A model generated the notes under the pieces. That model saw nothing but the letters and a program-made list of their open reading frames with translations, ran no database searches and was not told where the DNA came from. The position numbers and the translations under genes are program-made. Positions 21,961 to 33,818 of a DNA stretch of 64,000 nt are shown here, piece after piece. The DNA comes from Eledone cirrhosa (Eukaryota). The stretch is taken from NCBI GenBank assembly GCA_964016885.1, contig OZ024741.1, forward strand, positions 69,192,001 to 69,256,000, read 5' to 3'. Position 1 is the first letter of the stretch, and each line of letters starts with the position of its first letter.

Positions 21961-22807
21961 ATATAATTATGTATCAAACAATATATTAGATAAATAAATA
22001 AATATAATTCTTTTCGCAACAAAAAATTCTGAATCCACAAAATAAAAATACAAATTACAAATTAGATAATCGTAAAAGAAGTGACTTTACAAAAAAATAA
22101 TGTTTACATATATTTTATTTCTTCAATCTCTTTCATCTTATAATCATTCAGAGATTTTTTTCCCAATTTCTTTTGTAAAAAATTAGATTTACATTATATA
22201 TGTGTGTGTCTTGTGTGTGTGTTTTGTGTGTGCTTATGTGTATGTGTGTATATGTGCATGTATGTGTGTGTGCATGTTTGTTTTACGTATTATATTTTTT
22301 TAATTATTATTTATCTTATTGTTTTGCTACAAATTCTCATGGATCACTTCAGCTTAAAAATCCAAGATCTGTGGATTGGCAGCTTGACTGAGATAGTTTT
22401 TGGCAGTACCAGAACCAGTCAAACAAATAAGCAAGATAATAAATAAAAATAAAAAACAAAACTAGTCAAGCCTTTACATTTCAGAGTTGAGTGAAAAGTG
22501 GAGGTGGAATAGTGGGTGGATTGGAGGTGTTGGGGTAGGGAGAGTGATTTTCAAACTTAAAACATGAAGCACTGCTTTTATCCAAAATCTGACAAGCAAA
22601 AGAGCTAGAAGAGGTTCATGGTAAAGTAGGTTGGTTGGAATTATCTTAACCCTTTTGATACCAACCCACCGAAACAACAATTCAATGATGAAAAACCTCT
22701 TGTTTTAAAGTATTCATATTTAACCCTTTAATGTTCAAACCGGTCAGAATTCTCTACCTCTTTTTGTTGAAACTAGCTGTAACTGGTTGCTCAAACTGAT
22801 GTTAAGG

Positions 22808-22921
22808 TATTGTTTGGGAGTGAAGGAAGCACCAATCACAACAGTGTTGCCAACAGCCATACAAACAGTTTCTCTGCGTCCCCATCGCTTTGGAGACCTT
22901 ACTTTTGGGATTGCCCTTGTA
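22808..22921 (-). mobile_element. Mariner 5' TIR plus leader fragment
   Basis: Minus strand starts TA|CAAGGGCAATCCCAAAAGTAAGGTCTCC; shares about 55 bp with 23449-23504, upstream of the transposase. Confidence 0.65.
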
Positions 22922-23059
22922 CTATTATATTTTCATGGTAAAAGCTTTACCTCGCATAATTATCTCACATAATATCGAATCTATGAGATTTTGAAAGTAT
23001 TTATTTTGAGAACAATACCGGGAGACTGTCAATTTCCAATGAGACAATCGCAATTTTTC

Positions 23060-23504
23060 CGTTAAAATCCTGTGGATGGTGCTTTGGGAAACCTCAGGAA
23101 CCAAATGCAGAGAGCATCCAGAGTGATCTGCCGATCTTTACGCATGTTTTCCTCAACCTTTCCGACTGTCTCATCGGAAATTGACGGTCTCCCGCTCCTT
23201 TGTTCGTCGTGAATTTCAGTATAATCGGCTGTAAACTCTACACCACTTGCGAACGTTTTTGACATCCATGCATGACTGTCCATACACTTCCATCAATTGG
23301 CGATGCATTTCAATCGGTTCAACGGCTTTTACGTTGAAAAACCGAATAACTGCGCGAACTTCGCACTTGGTGGTAGCGTTCAACGGGAGCTCCATTCTCA
23401 ATGGCTGCCAAGCCAAGATTGAGCATCCCAGTGAAGCGCGCGCATGCTTGTTTGGGAGTGAAGGATGCACCAATCACAACAGTGTTGCCAACAGCTGTAC
23501 GAAC
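23060..23504 (-). pseudogene. Mariner transposase N-terminal (HTH) fragment, frameshifted
   Basis: MELPLNATTKCEVRAVIRFF...IEMHRQLMEVYGQSCMDVKNVRKWCR / EF...IHDEQRSGRPS...VEENMRKDRQIT; ATG at 23395. Confidence 0.9.
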
Positions 23505-24216
23505 TGAGTTGGACCACAGACGTGATAGGGAGAAAAGAGCAAAGGGAGAAAATGAACGAGACAAGATCACACAAACATTATTTCACCTCATCAGCTCTCA
23601 GACCAGCTGTAGTTTCACAAAATTTAATGTTATGGAAGAATATCTTTTTTAAGCTATGTACTAAACTCCACCTTAAGAATGTAGTTAGTTATTTTACTAA
23701 AACTCTTCAAATTGTCCATTATTTTTTAAATCATTAGAAATATGGTTATAAAATAGTTAAATAATATTATATATAAGCTGCTAGTTCTATTTTTAAAATG
23801 TTCAACTGCCACCATATCCTAATTTACACGTGCTTTCATATTTACTATTAACTTTATAACTTCTAAATTTAATGGAAAAACTGTGTGTGTGTGTGGGGGG
23901 GGGGGGGGGGTGTTAATGGACCTAGCACACCTATCATGAAAATGAGAGGTGTGGTTTCAAATCCCATGCATGGTAATGCCCATTTCTTTGATTATGGGGA
24001 TTCATATGCCCTAATAGACAATTTTCTATAGTCAATTTACAGTGAAGGCTTCTAATTATATATACATACATATATATATATATAATTGTTCTGAATTTCT
24101 CTATATGCCAGTGTTTTGTACTTTGGATTTGTTAGCAATAAATAATGCTTATTATAGAAATGCGGTACTCTTGCCTTGGCCTATAAACAAATGTTTCTCT
24201 TCCTCCTTGTTGATTT

Positions 24217-24325
24217 CTTTCTGATGAAGTACTATAATTGTGACAGAAAGCATACAATTGAGCATTGGACTATGCAGTCAGCACGTGTAGACGGCTATGT
24301 AATTGTACTGAAACATATGTTAAAG
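24217..24325 (+). ncRNA. Type-I hammerhead ribozyme motif with long helix-II insert
   Basis: CTTT/AAAG helix I, CTGATGA 24221-24227, AGTAC/GTACT helix II base, GAAA 24310-24313, palindromic ACATATGT helix III, then U. Confidence 0.6.
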
Positions 24326-25799
24326 CTTGAACAGTCAATAAATTTCTCCTTCTGATCACTTCTTTTTACCTAGTTTTACCTGATTTACCTGGTACCATAT
24401 ATATCTGAATGTGTGTGTACATGTATATATATTTTTTTTCCATTATTTTAACTCAGCTTCACTTTCATTTTTAATAAATATTAATTTCAAATCATATATC
24501 CAAAACACAACTATTTCATCCAATGAGCGAACTGGACATTTCCATTAGGGTCGTCTAGTTTCCTGAAACCATTGGTAATGGAATAATTATATTGTGTTGT
24601 TTATTATGTAATTAAATAGCTCTACACAATACATAGAGCACTGTTCTTTCCTTTACCTTTTCTACAGAAATACTTAACATAAAATGTGTGTGCGTGTGTT
24701 ACCTTCACTTTTCCATACTGCATGAGTTTGATATGATGTTTTGAGACAATGTTTTACAACCAGATGCCCTAAATGATGCCAATACTTTTAGTCATCTCAT
24801 CATACATGTAGAGATACAGTATACCTATTTTAAAAAAAACACACACACAATATATGTGTGTACACATGTGTAAACACATACCAGTACATTTCTATATTAA
24901 AAATGCTTGTTTCTTAGTATTTATGGTATACAGAAAAATATGGTTGTATATGTATGCATGCACACATGCATTATACACATACTGGATTAACCTTCACTCC
25001 ATTACAACTAATAGTTGCACCATAATCTACTAAAAGATAATCTACCAACAGCATAAGATTGTTAGATCTTATATTTAAGTCAGTATGCCTTCTTAGATAT
25101 ATTTTTGTAAGAGTATCATAGCAATCATGTGTACAACTATATTTGCATGTGTATATGTGTGCATATATATTTATGTGCATATAATTCTACATACATAATT
25201 GTATATCATTGCATATACAAGCATATCGCTATAATTGTGTGTGTGTATGATTGCATATATATGTTTGTCAGTATAGTTGTATATATATATATATATATAT
25301 ATATATGTGCAAGTGTAACTTGGAGTACATATTTTCTCTGTATTTACATATATGCTTGCAATATGCAAATAGGCATGTAGTTATGCTAAAATGTACATAC
25401 ATTTGTGGATACACCGATATGTGTGTCTGATTTATGTCCATGACATTAAATACTGCTGATGATGGTGATGATGGTGACTGTGTGTTACGCAATTAAGTAT
25501 TACCCGCACAAAATAAAAACTTCACACACAAATTTATGTACATGATGTGTTATGCAAGAAAATATCACCCTCACAAAATAAAGACTATATACACACACAC
25601 ACACATTCATATACATGACATTAAATGATGATGATGATCATCATCATGATCATCATCATGATTCAACGTGTTATGCAAGTATCCACCTCACAAAATAAAG
25701 ACTATATATTTATATATACACCCACATGTATGTTTTTATATATATTATGTGTTGTAATGTATGCGTATGCAATCAAAAAGCACCTTCACAAAGCTAAAA

Positions 25800-25868
<69 letters not shown>

Positions 25869-26099
25869 TTCCAGTGAATGTGAGAACCCTTTGTATAAGT
25901 GAAAATATACCTTAGTAAGGTTACTTTGATCACACTTCCGTTGATCTTCTTCAAAGAACTTGCCTCTTATTCAGCTGTAAATTTAGTGTGAATATATATA
26001 TATAGTATACATGAGTATGTGCATATATGTGTGTGTGTCTGTATATCATCATCATCATCACCATCATTTAACGTCCATTTTCCACGCTACATATATACA

Positions 26100-26560
26100 T
26101 GTGTGTGTGTGTGTGTGTAAATATAGATATAATGTCTGTGTGTGGTGATATGTGTGTGTGGTGATGTGTGTGTGTGGTGATGTGCGTGTGTGGTGATGTG
26201 CGTGTGTGTGTGTGGTGCGTGTGCCTGGTGATGTGTATATGTGGTGATGTGTGTCTGTGGTGATGTGTGTGTGTGTGTGTGTGGTGATGTGTGTCTGTGG
26301 TGATGTGTGTCTGTGGTGGTGTGTGTGTGATGTGTGTGTGGTGATGTGCGTGTGTGTGGTGATGTGCGTGTGTGTGGTGATGTGTGTGTGTGTGGTGATG
26401 TGCGTGTGTGTGTGGTGATTATGTGTGTTGTGATGTGTGTGTGTGTGGTGATTATGTGTGTTGTGATGTGTGTGGTGGTGGTGGTGTGTGTGTGTGGTGA
26501 TGTGTGTGTGTGTGGTGGTGGTGTGTGTGTGTGTGGTGATGTGTGGTGACGTGGTGATGC
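26100..26560. repeat. (GT)n / GGTGAT compound microsatellite
   Basis: Visible directly. Confidence 0.95.
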
Positions 26561-29237
26561 AAGCATGCATATCTTAACATTTAATTTCAAAGAAAATATA
26601 GTGGAAATTTATTGAACTATTCATGTCAATGAGATAGCTTTGAAAAATCAAAATACATTGGAATGTCAGGTGGTAAGTATTTAGTGGGCCAAGGTCAAGA
26701 CTTAGTCTTGGTCTCAATACTAGTTTCTGTTCTTAGTTGAAACCAATTCACAAGAATGCTTTACTTGAAACACCATACATGTTATGGAGGTCACACATGC
26801 ATTCATGATCATAGAGAAGCTCAAACATTTTATGCTGTTCCTTTCAGAGTGTTTGCTTGACTGACATTCTTTTGAAATCTGGTGAATAAAGACAGTTGCC
26901 ATAGCTTTTGCAGAATCTTCTAGAATTTTCAGTTTAAAAAAGAGAAATCATTAGTCTATGTATCATTGAAGGTTAGCCCTATTGATAAATGACCCCCATG
27001 AGGCTGCTTCTGATTCTATGATAGAAAACTTCCAGGTTTTAATTATTTTCTTCTTTACCTTTACAACCCTCTCAGGAATAAATGGACAGAGTTCTCAGAC
27101 TCACCTTCCAGAGAGTTCTATCAGAAGTAACTGTCTTCAAGACCATCTGAACTTAGGGATGTTATTCAACCACCTAGTTCATGGTCTACTGCTGGATCTT
27201 CTGTTGGTTGGCTTTGCCTATAAAATCTGTCCAGTGATTCTTTCCTCAGAAATGTTAACATTATGTTCATAGTACTGAAGCTGTAATCTCTCAATTCAGA
27301 AATGTAGCAGCTCTACCTGGAACAACTCCTTGATTTCCAAGCTATGCACCCTATCAAGTAACATTACTCCAAAGACTCTTTGGAGGACCCTCATTTTGGT
27401 CATTTGTATTCTTTCAGTCATGTCCATAGGCAAAGGTATTTAAATTAAAGCCTTCTACCATAATTTTATGTAAGAAACCTTTGTTCAGTTGTGCCTGAAA
27501 CAATAATTTAGTAATGGTTTTTATTTTATGCACAAGACAAGGGAGGGTTACTGGCGAAGAGGAGATATTGCCAGTTTGGAATAAACTGTAGTTTTGGAAT
27601 GCCATGTAGGAGAGGAACATAAAAATTATTAACACTCTCATTCAGTGCCTGAGCATTCTTGACATAAGGAACCATTTTAGGTACAAGGCAAGAGAGTGCT
27701 ACCAGAGGGGAGGGGACATTACCAATTTGGAATAAAGTCTATAGGCATGTTATGTAAGTAGGGCCAGCTAGAGATGCAAGGAGAGTGACGTAAATATTAT
27801 TAAAGCTCTTGTTCAGTGTCTGAGCATTCCTGAGATACAGAGCCATATCAAACAGCTATTATCGCATAATGGATGGAACTAGCTGTCAGCCAAGTCCCTG
27901 CAATTTGAGAAAAGTGATTAAATTGACTCCACTGGTTGGCTGATACTTTCATGAACCTGAGAAGGATAAGTAAATGAGAGAGGATTTGAGCTCAGAACAT
28001 AAGCTAGAACAAATATCAAAAAGTATGTCTGACACTAAAAATTCTGCCAATCCACCATCATGAAACATTAGCTTATGAACAAAAAGATTAGTTTGTTTCA
28101 CTAACTTGATAAAAATGTTTGCTTAATTTTAGAATTAACTGAAAGACATAGCTTATTCAAACCACCCGAAACCATCCTTGGTTATATGAGCTGTTTGTTT
28201 TAAAGTATTTTATATTTACCTAAAAAAACCTATTGTTTTATGTAAGAACGTTCAAGTTATGTTCCAAACATCAGCTTAATAATGACAAATTTAGTTATAA
28301 TATTAATTCCTTCCAAAATCTTGATATTTTCAAAATTAATTGAAAAAACATAGGCAGTGTTCCATTAGAAATATGGCAATAAAATGGTTAGAGGCTGCAA
28401 ATTAAAGAGTTATTAGATCTATATGCATGCATGGTCCCATAACTCCCGGGGGAGACATAGTGGTGTCATGTTAACATACAATATTTCTAGGTCATTTTTA
28501 AAACCTGGTGGAGCCCATCTCCTCTCCAGATCTGAATACAGCAGATTTCTTCCTGAGAAAGATAGAGAGTGAGAAAGAGATATAGAGGAAGAAGCAACCC
28601 CAGTACTAGACTGGTACTTTTTTATCAACTTCAAATAGCAAAGTTAACCCTGGAGGGATGTGAAAGAGGGCAGATAACTGAAACACATACTACCATGCAT
28701 TCTATCCAATTTTCTAATGACTGCCAATTTGCCCCCATAGATCGATATAAAAACTGTTAAACAAAGGGTTAGGAAGACTGTTCAGCTATGTGACACTTCC
28801 CAAGTGTTGGTGCCATGATAAAATGGACTCGGTGGAGCATGAGATCGTATGTTAGACCCCTGGCCCATCTGGCAAGCAGAGGCTCTGCTTGAGTACTGAT
28901 TAGTCTGTGACAATACATCCAGCTCTTGCTAGCAAGCAAAACAGACGTTAAACAACAATGATAATGATGACATTTCTGCAAATCCACATACATCTGCACA
29001 CACATGCACAAACACACACACAATGATGTGTACTGTTACAAATTTGAATATATATATTCATGATTGTATGGTACTACAAAGCTCGATACATCCACACACC
29101 CTGACAAATCCTTACATACACACATATATACTTGCATATACATATCTTTTGAAATTCCAACATCTGCATGTGCACACCTAAATGCACAACTCTAAAAATG
29201 CATACATTCTCTCACATTCACACATATACACACATAT

Positions 29238-29637
29238 ATCATCATCATCATCAACGTTTAGCGTCCGTGTTCCACGCTTGCATGGGTTTGGACGGGGGTT
29301 TTCCCACTTGAGGCAAGAGTGGTTGTCTTGCTCGCATAGGACTGTCTGGCGGGTTTTCTACAGCTGGATGCCCTTCCTAACACCAACCACATTTACAGTG
29401 TGGGGCTGGGAGGTTTTTACCGTGTTGCCTACACGGCCACATTACAGCGTGGAGTCTGGCGGGTTTTCTACAGCTGGATGCCCTTCCTAACACCAACCAC
29501 ATTTACAGTGTGGGCCTGGGAGGTTTTTACCGTGTTGCCTACACGGCCACATTTACAGCGTGGACTGTGTGTTTTTTTGTTGAGACACCTACACGATCTC
29601 ATTTGTTTAGGCCTGGATGTTGTGGCACCAACATAAC
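29238..29637 (-). mobile_element. RTE-3'UTR-derived short element with internal 110-bp tandem duplication
   Basis: (CAT)n tail and CAGCTGGATGCCCTTCCTAACACCAACC motif; 29345-29454 is duplicated at about 29455-29565; sister copy at 31121-31408. Confidence 0.8.
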
Positions 29638-29747
29638 TATATACATATGTATATATATATACATATGTATATATATATATATATACATATGTATATATAT
29701 ATATACATATACATATGTATATATATATATACATATACATATGTATA

Positions 29748-30091
29748 TCATCATTTCATCATCATTTCATTTTACGTCCGCTTTTCCCTGCTAGCAAGGG
29801 TGGGACGGGAACTGATTCTGGCTTGATTTCTACAGCTGGATGCCCTTCCTAACACCAACCTCATTTACAGTGAGTGCTGGGTGCTTTTTTGCCGTGGCAC
29901 CTCCACGACCACTTTGCAGTGGAATGATATGGACCCCAGTCCTATCATCTCATTTCTACAGCTGAGTAAACTGGAGCAATGTGAAATAAAGTGTCTTGCT
30001 CAAGGAAACAACACATCACCCGGTCTGAGAATTGAACTCACAACCTTTCGATTGCAAGGCCAATGCTCTAACCACTAAGCCATGTGCCTCC
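29748..30091 (-). mobile_element. Full-length CORE-like tRNA SINE with RTE tail (family S2)
   Basis: Minus strand has A-box TGGCTTAGTGG, B-box GAGTTCAATTC, CORE-like domain, RTE 3' UTR and ATG-repeat tail; sits in a TA/TACATA microsatellite. Confidence 0.9.
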
Positions 30092-30381
30092 ATATATATA
30101 TATACATATACATATACATATGTATATATACATATACATATGTATATATACATATACATATGTATATATACATATACATATGTATATACATATACATATG
30201 TATATATATATACATATACATATGTATATGTATATACATATACATATGTATATATATATACATATACATATGTATATATATATACATATACATATGTATA
30301 TATATATACATATACATATGTATATATACATATACATATGTATATATATATATACATATACATATGTATATATACATATAC

Positions 30382-30410
<29 letters not shown>
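30092..30410. repeat. TA/TACATA compound microsatellite
   Basis: Visible directly; a similar tract occurs at 29638-29747. Confidence 0.95.
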
Positions 30411-30414
<4 letters not shown>

Positions 30415-31120
30415 CACACACAAATTGTTACACCATATAACACAACTCTTAATAAAATGCAGTCATGCATTCATTGAAAGCAAAACCATAAAAAATAAAT
30501 AAGGAAAATAATAATAATAATATCAATGATGATGATGATGATAACTGCTAAATGATAAATATAAAACATGAAAAATAGAAATAATTGTAAAATTGAATAA
30601 CCATATTTATGCACAAAATTGTACATGGTATGAATACACCCGCCCACCATCACCACCATCACCATCACCATCATCAAACACAGTAGGACTAACTCACCAC
30701 AATGAAATACATGCATGATTTTACATGAGAAAAAAAGAGTGAAACAGTGGTAATCATTGTGATGATGATGATGTTGGTGGCAAAAAAACTGCATGTCTAT
30801 GCATTTATATAATATGAATGCATGATCATTTTTCAGATGCATTCATTAATATGCATGCACCTGCATGAGACCCCACATGCTATTCACACACACTCACACA
30901 TACATACACATGCATGCACACACACATGCTTCCTAGATTGTGACCATCTACCTAACTAGCCAACTAACGCTATAATCAAATGTACATATACATGCACATA
31001 CATGAATACACATGCACACAAACATGTACAAATACATGCACACATTTTGATTACATGCTGATCAATAAACACACAGACTTATGAAATTTCAGAAAAAAAA
31101 AAAAAAAATATATATATATA

Positions 31121-31408
31121 TCATCATCATCATCATCGTTTAACGTCCATCTTCCACGCTTGCATGGGTTTGGACAGGAATTTTCCCACTTGAGGCAAGA
31201 TTGGTTGTCTTGCTCGTATAGGACTGTCTGGTGGGTTTTCTACGGCTGGATGCCCTTCTTAACACCAACCACGTTTACAGTGTGGACTGGGAGGTTTTTA
31301 CCGTGTTACCTACATGGCCACATTACAGTGTGGACTGTGTGTTTTTTTGTCGTGACACCTACACGACCTCATCTATTTCGGACTGGATGTTGTGGTACCA
31401 ACATAACT
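31121..31408 (-). mobile_element. RTE-3'UTR-derived short element, copy 2
   Basis: Colinear with 29238-29637 without the duplication; same outer boundary. Confidence 0.8.
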
Positions 31409-31468
31409 TTACATCGAAATATATATATATGTATGTATACATATGTACAGTCACAGATGCTCAAATAT

Positions 31469-31555
<87 letters not shown>

Positions 31556-31597
31556 CACAAATGTTAAAATATGCACACATAAATATATATACATATA

Positions 31598-31698
31598 GAG
31601 GGTGTCTCCAAAAAATGTATACACACTTCAACAGCATTCTAATAAATATTGACTGTACAGGTAAGCAAATGGTGTATACATTTTTGGGGGACACCCTG
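31598..31698. mobile_element. Tc1/mariner-type MITE, 101 bp
   Basis: TA|GAGGGTGTCTCCAAAAAATGTATACAC ... GTGTATACATTTTTGGGGGACACCCTG|TA. Confidence 0.85.
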
Positions 31699-31757
<59 letters not shown>

Positions 31758-33254
31758 ACAGATGCTCAAACATGCACACATGAATAAATGTGCAGTCACT
31801 GATGCTCAACACAAGTACACTTTCATTCACATATACACATATATGACACATAGAAACACACATGCACACACACATGCACATGTATACGCACATGTGCACA
31901 CACACACAAATGCATACACACACACACAAATGCATACACACAAAGGCAAAAGCAGAAAACGGTAACAAACGGGAGTTACCATTAAAAGGAACAATATTTC
32001 TAAAAGTCATACCCTTCCCAACAATTCCATTCCAGCCTCCACCATTCCTTTCCCACCTTCATATCCACATAAGAGGACTGCCACCATTCCATTCCCACCT
32101 GCTAGACTCACATGCATATACCCCACCCTCCTCTCCATCCTCACACAGACACATGTATGCAACTCCAAGCATCAGCCAGTTACACAATGTGCAGCTTAAT
32201 GCTTGCTGCCAGTTGATTCCTACCATACAACATAATCCCAAACATGCAACGTGTTAATCTGACTCCCTGCAACAATACAATAAGCCTTATTAAATGATTT
32301 AAGGTTTCGGATTAAGGGGAGTATAGTGGAGGGGTGAAATAAAAAGATAGCAGCAACGGCAACAACAACAACAGCAACGGCAACAAAACAATTAACAACA
32401 ACAGGCGCAACAGCAACAAAACAGTAACAGCAACAATGGAAATAACAAAACAACAAAAATAGCAACAATAGACACAACTACAACAAACACAAAAACAAAA
32501 AATAGCAACAACACACAAAATAACATCAACACACAACAAAAATAGCAACAACAACAGATACAACCAAAATAGTAATAACAGCAACATTGCAATAACAGAT
32601 ACAACACCAAAGCAATAACAAAAACGAACAGTTCCAACAACAACAACAAGAGCAGCAGTAAAAAACAGAAGCACAGCTATAAGAACAACACAATGAAGCA
32701 ACAAGAGAGCCTCAATGTAGTGACTCAGTCCACTATAATTAGCATTGACACCTCTCTCAAATTACTCCCCTCTTAAGAAAGAACACCTTGGCCAGTGTAG
32801 GTTTAAATAGAAGCTGCAATATTCCTAGAGTACCTTTCATTGTAGGTACAATCATGGTTGATGATCTGGAGCAACAGCAACAACAGTAGCAGCAGCAATA
32901 ACAGTAGCAGCAGCAACAACAGTAGCAGCAGCAATAACAGTAGCAGCAGCAATAACAAAGACAAAATTATGTACAAGAACAGACACAGCTATAAACTAGG
33001 AACTACAACAACAACAACAGCAGCAGCAATAACATACAAACTGATTTACAAGAACAGCCATAACTATAAACTAAGAACAAACAGCAGCAACAGCAGTAAT
33101 AATAAGTAAATAAACAAGAGGAGTAGTCACTGCCACAACAACAACATAAACAGTAACAAAAGCAATAATTCCAATTATAGAAACAAAAATAAAAAAAAAA
33201 ACACCAAAAACAACAACCACAGCAACAATACAGCAGAAATCATAATCTAATAAT

Positions 33255-33342
33255 TGTTTCTACTTTTGGCACAAGGCCAGCAATTACCCAGTGTATTACT
33301 GGTACTTTATTTTATTGACCCCGTAGGATGAAAGGCAAAGTT
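33255..33342 (-). mobile_element. 5'-truncated S1 SINE with 18-bp TSD
   Basis: TSD AAATCATAATCTAATAAT at 33237-33254 and 33343-33360. Confidence 0.9.
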
Positions 33343-33715
33343 AAATCATAATCTAATAATGTTCTTCTTAGTGTTAATGTAGTACCATATACAGATATGA
33401 AATTAGCCAAAAAAGAATGGTTATTGGACTATACTTAGAACTACCAGCATACCATGTATTAGGAACAAGTATATAAGTAGCAGGAATGGAGTATCAATAT
33501 AATATGTTTATTCACATGTGATGTGTGTTCTGTGATCAAATCAACTCAAGCTATGATCAGTAGTGATCGGGCTCAACTCTGAAATCGATAGCTCATCAGA
33601 CTTGTGGAGTCTCACATAGATAGCCAGATCCCCATATTAGCATTGAGTGCTCAAACTGGTGAACCAACAGTAACCAAACATACTCTATAACATATATATA
33701 TATATGTATATATAT

Positions 33716-33808
33716 ATAACAAAGAAAGTGTGGTAAGGAACCAGGTGGACAATAACACACCAGAGTACGGCCAGAGCTCAGCCGTTGGGGGTCCTGGCGC
33801 TTTTCCTA
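33716..33808. mobile_element. Family F fold-back element, copy 3
   Basis: The family F left part is joined directly to the inverted arm GAGCTCAGCCGTTGGGGGTC...TTTTCC; lies between (TA)n tracts. Confidence 0.7.
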
Positions 33809-33818
33809 TATATATATA

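Noticed and set aside
30020-30091. tRNA gene
   Set aside because: The A/B boxes belong to a SINE head continuing into CORE-like and RTE-derived sequence; no complete cloverleaf is evident.
31655-31668. ACAG|GTAAGC as a second recursive splice site
   Set aside because: No pyrimidine tract; lies inside a MITE.
33545-33605. Minus-strand CTGATGA followed by a GCTAT/ATAGC stem (similar case at about 8985-9020)
   Set aside because: No GAAA after the stem; at best a decayed motif.
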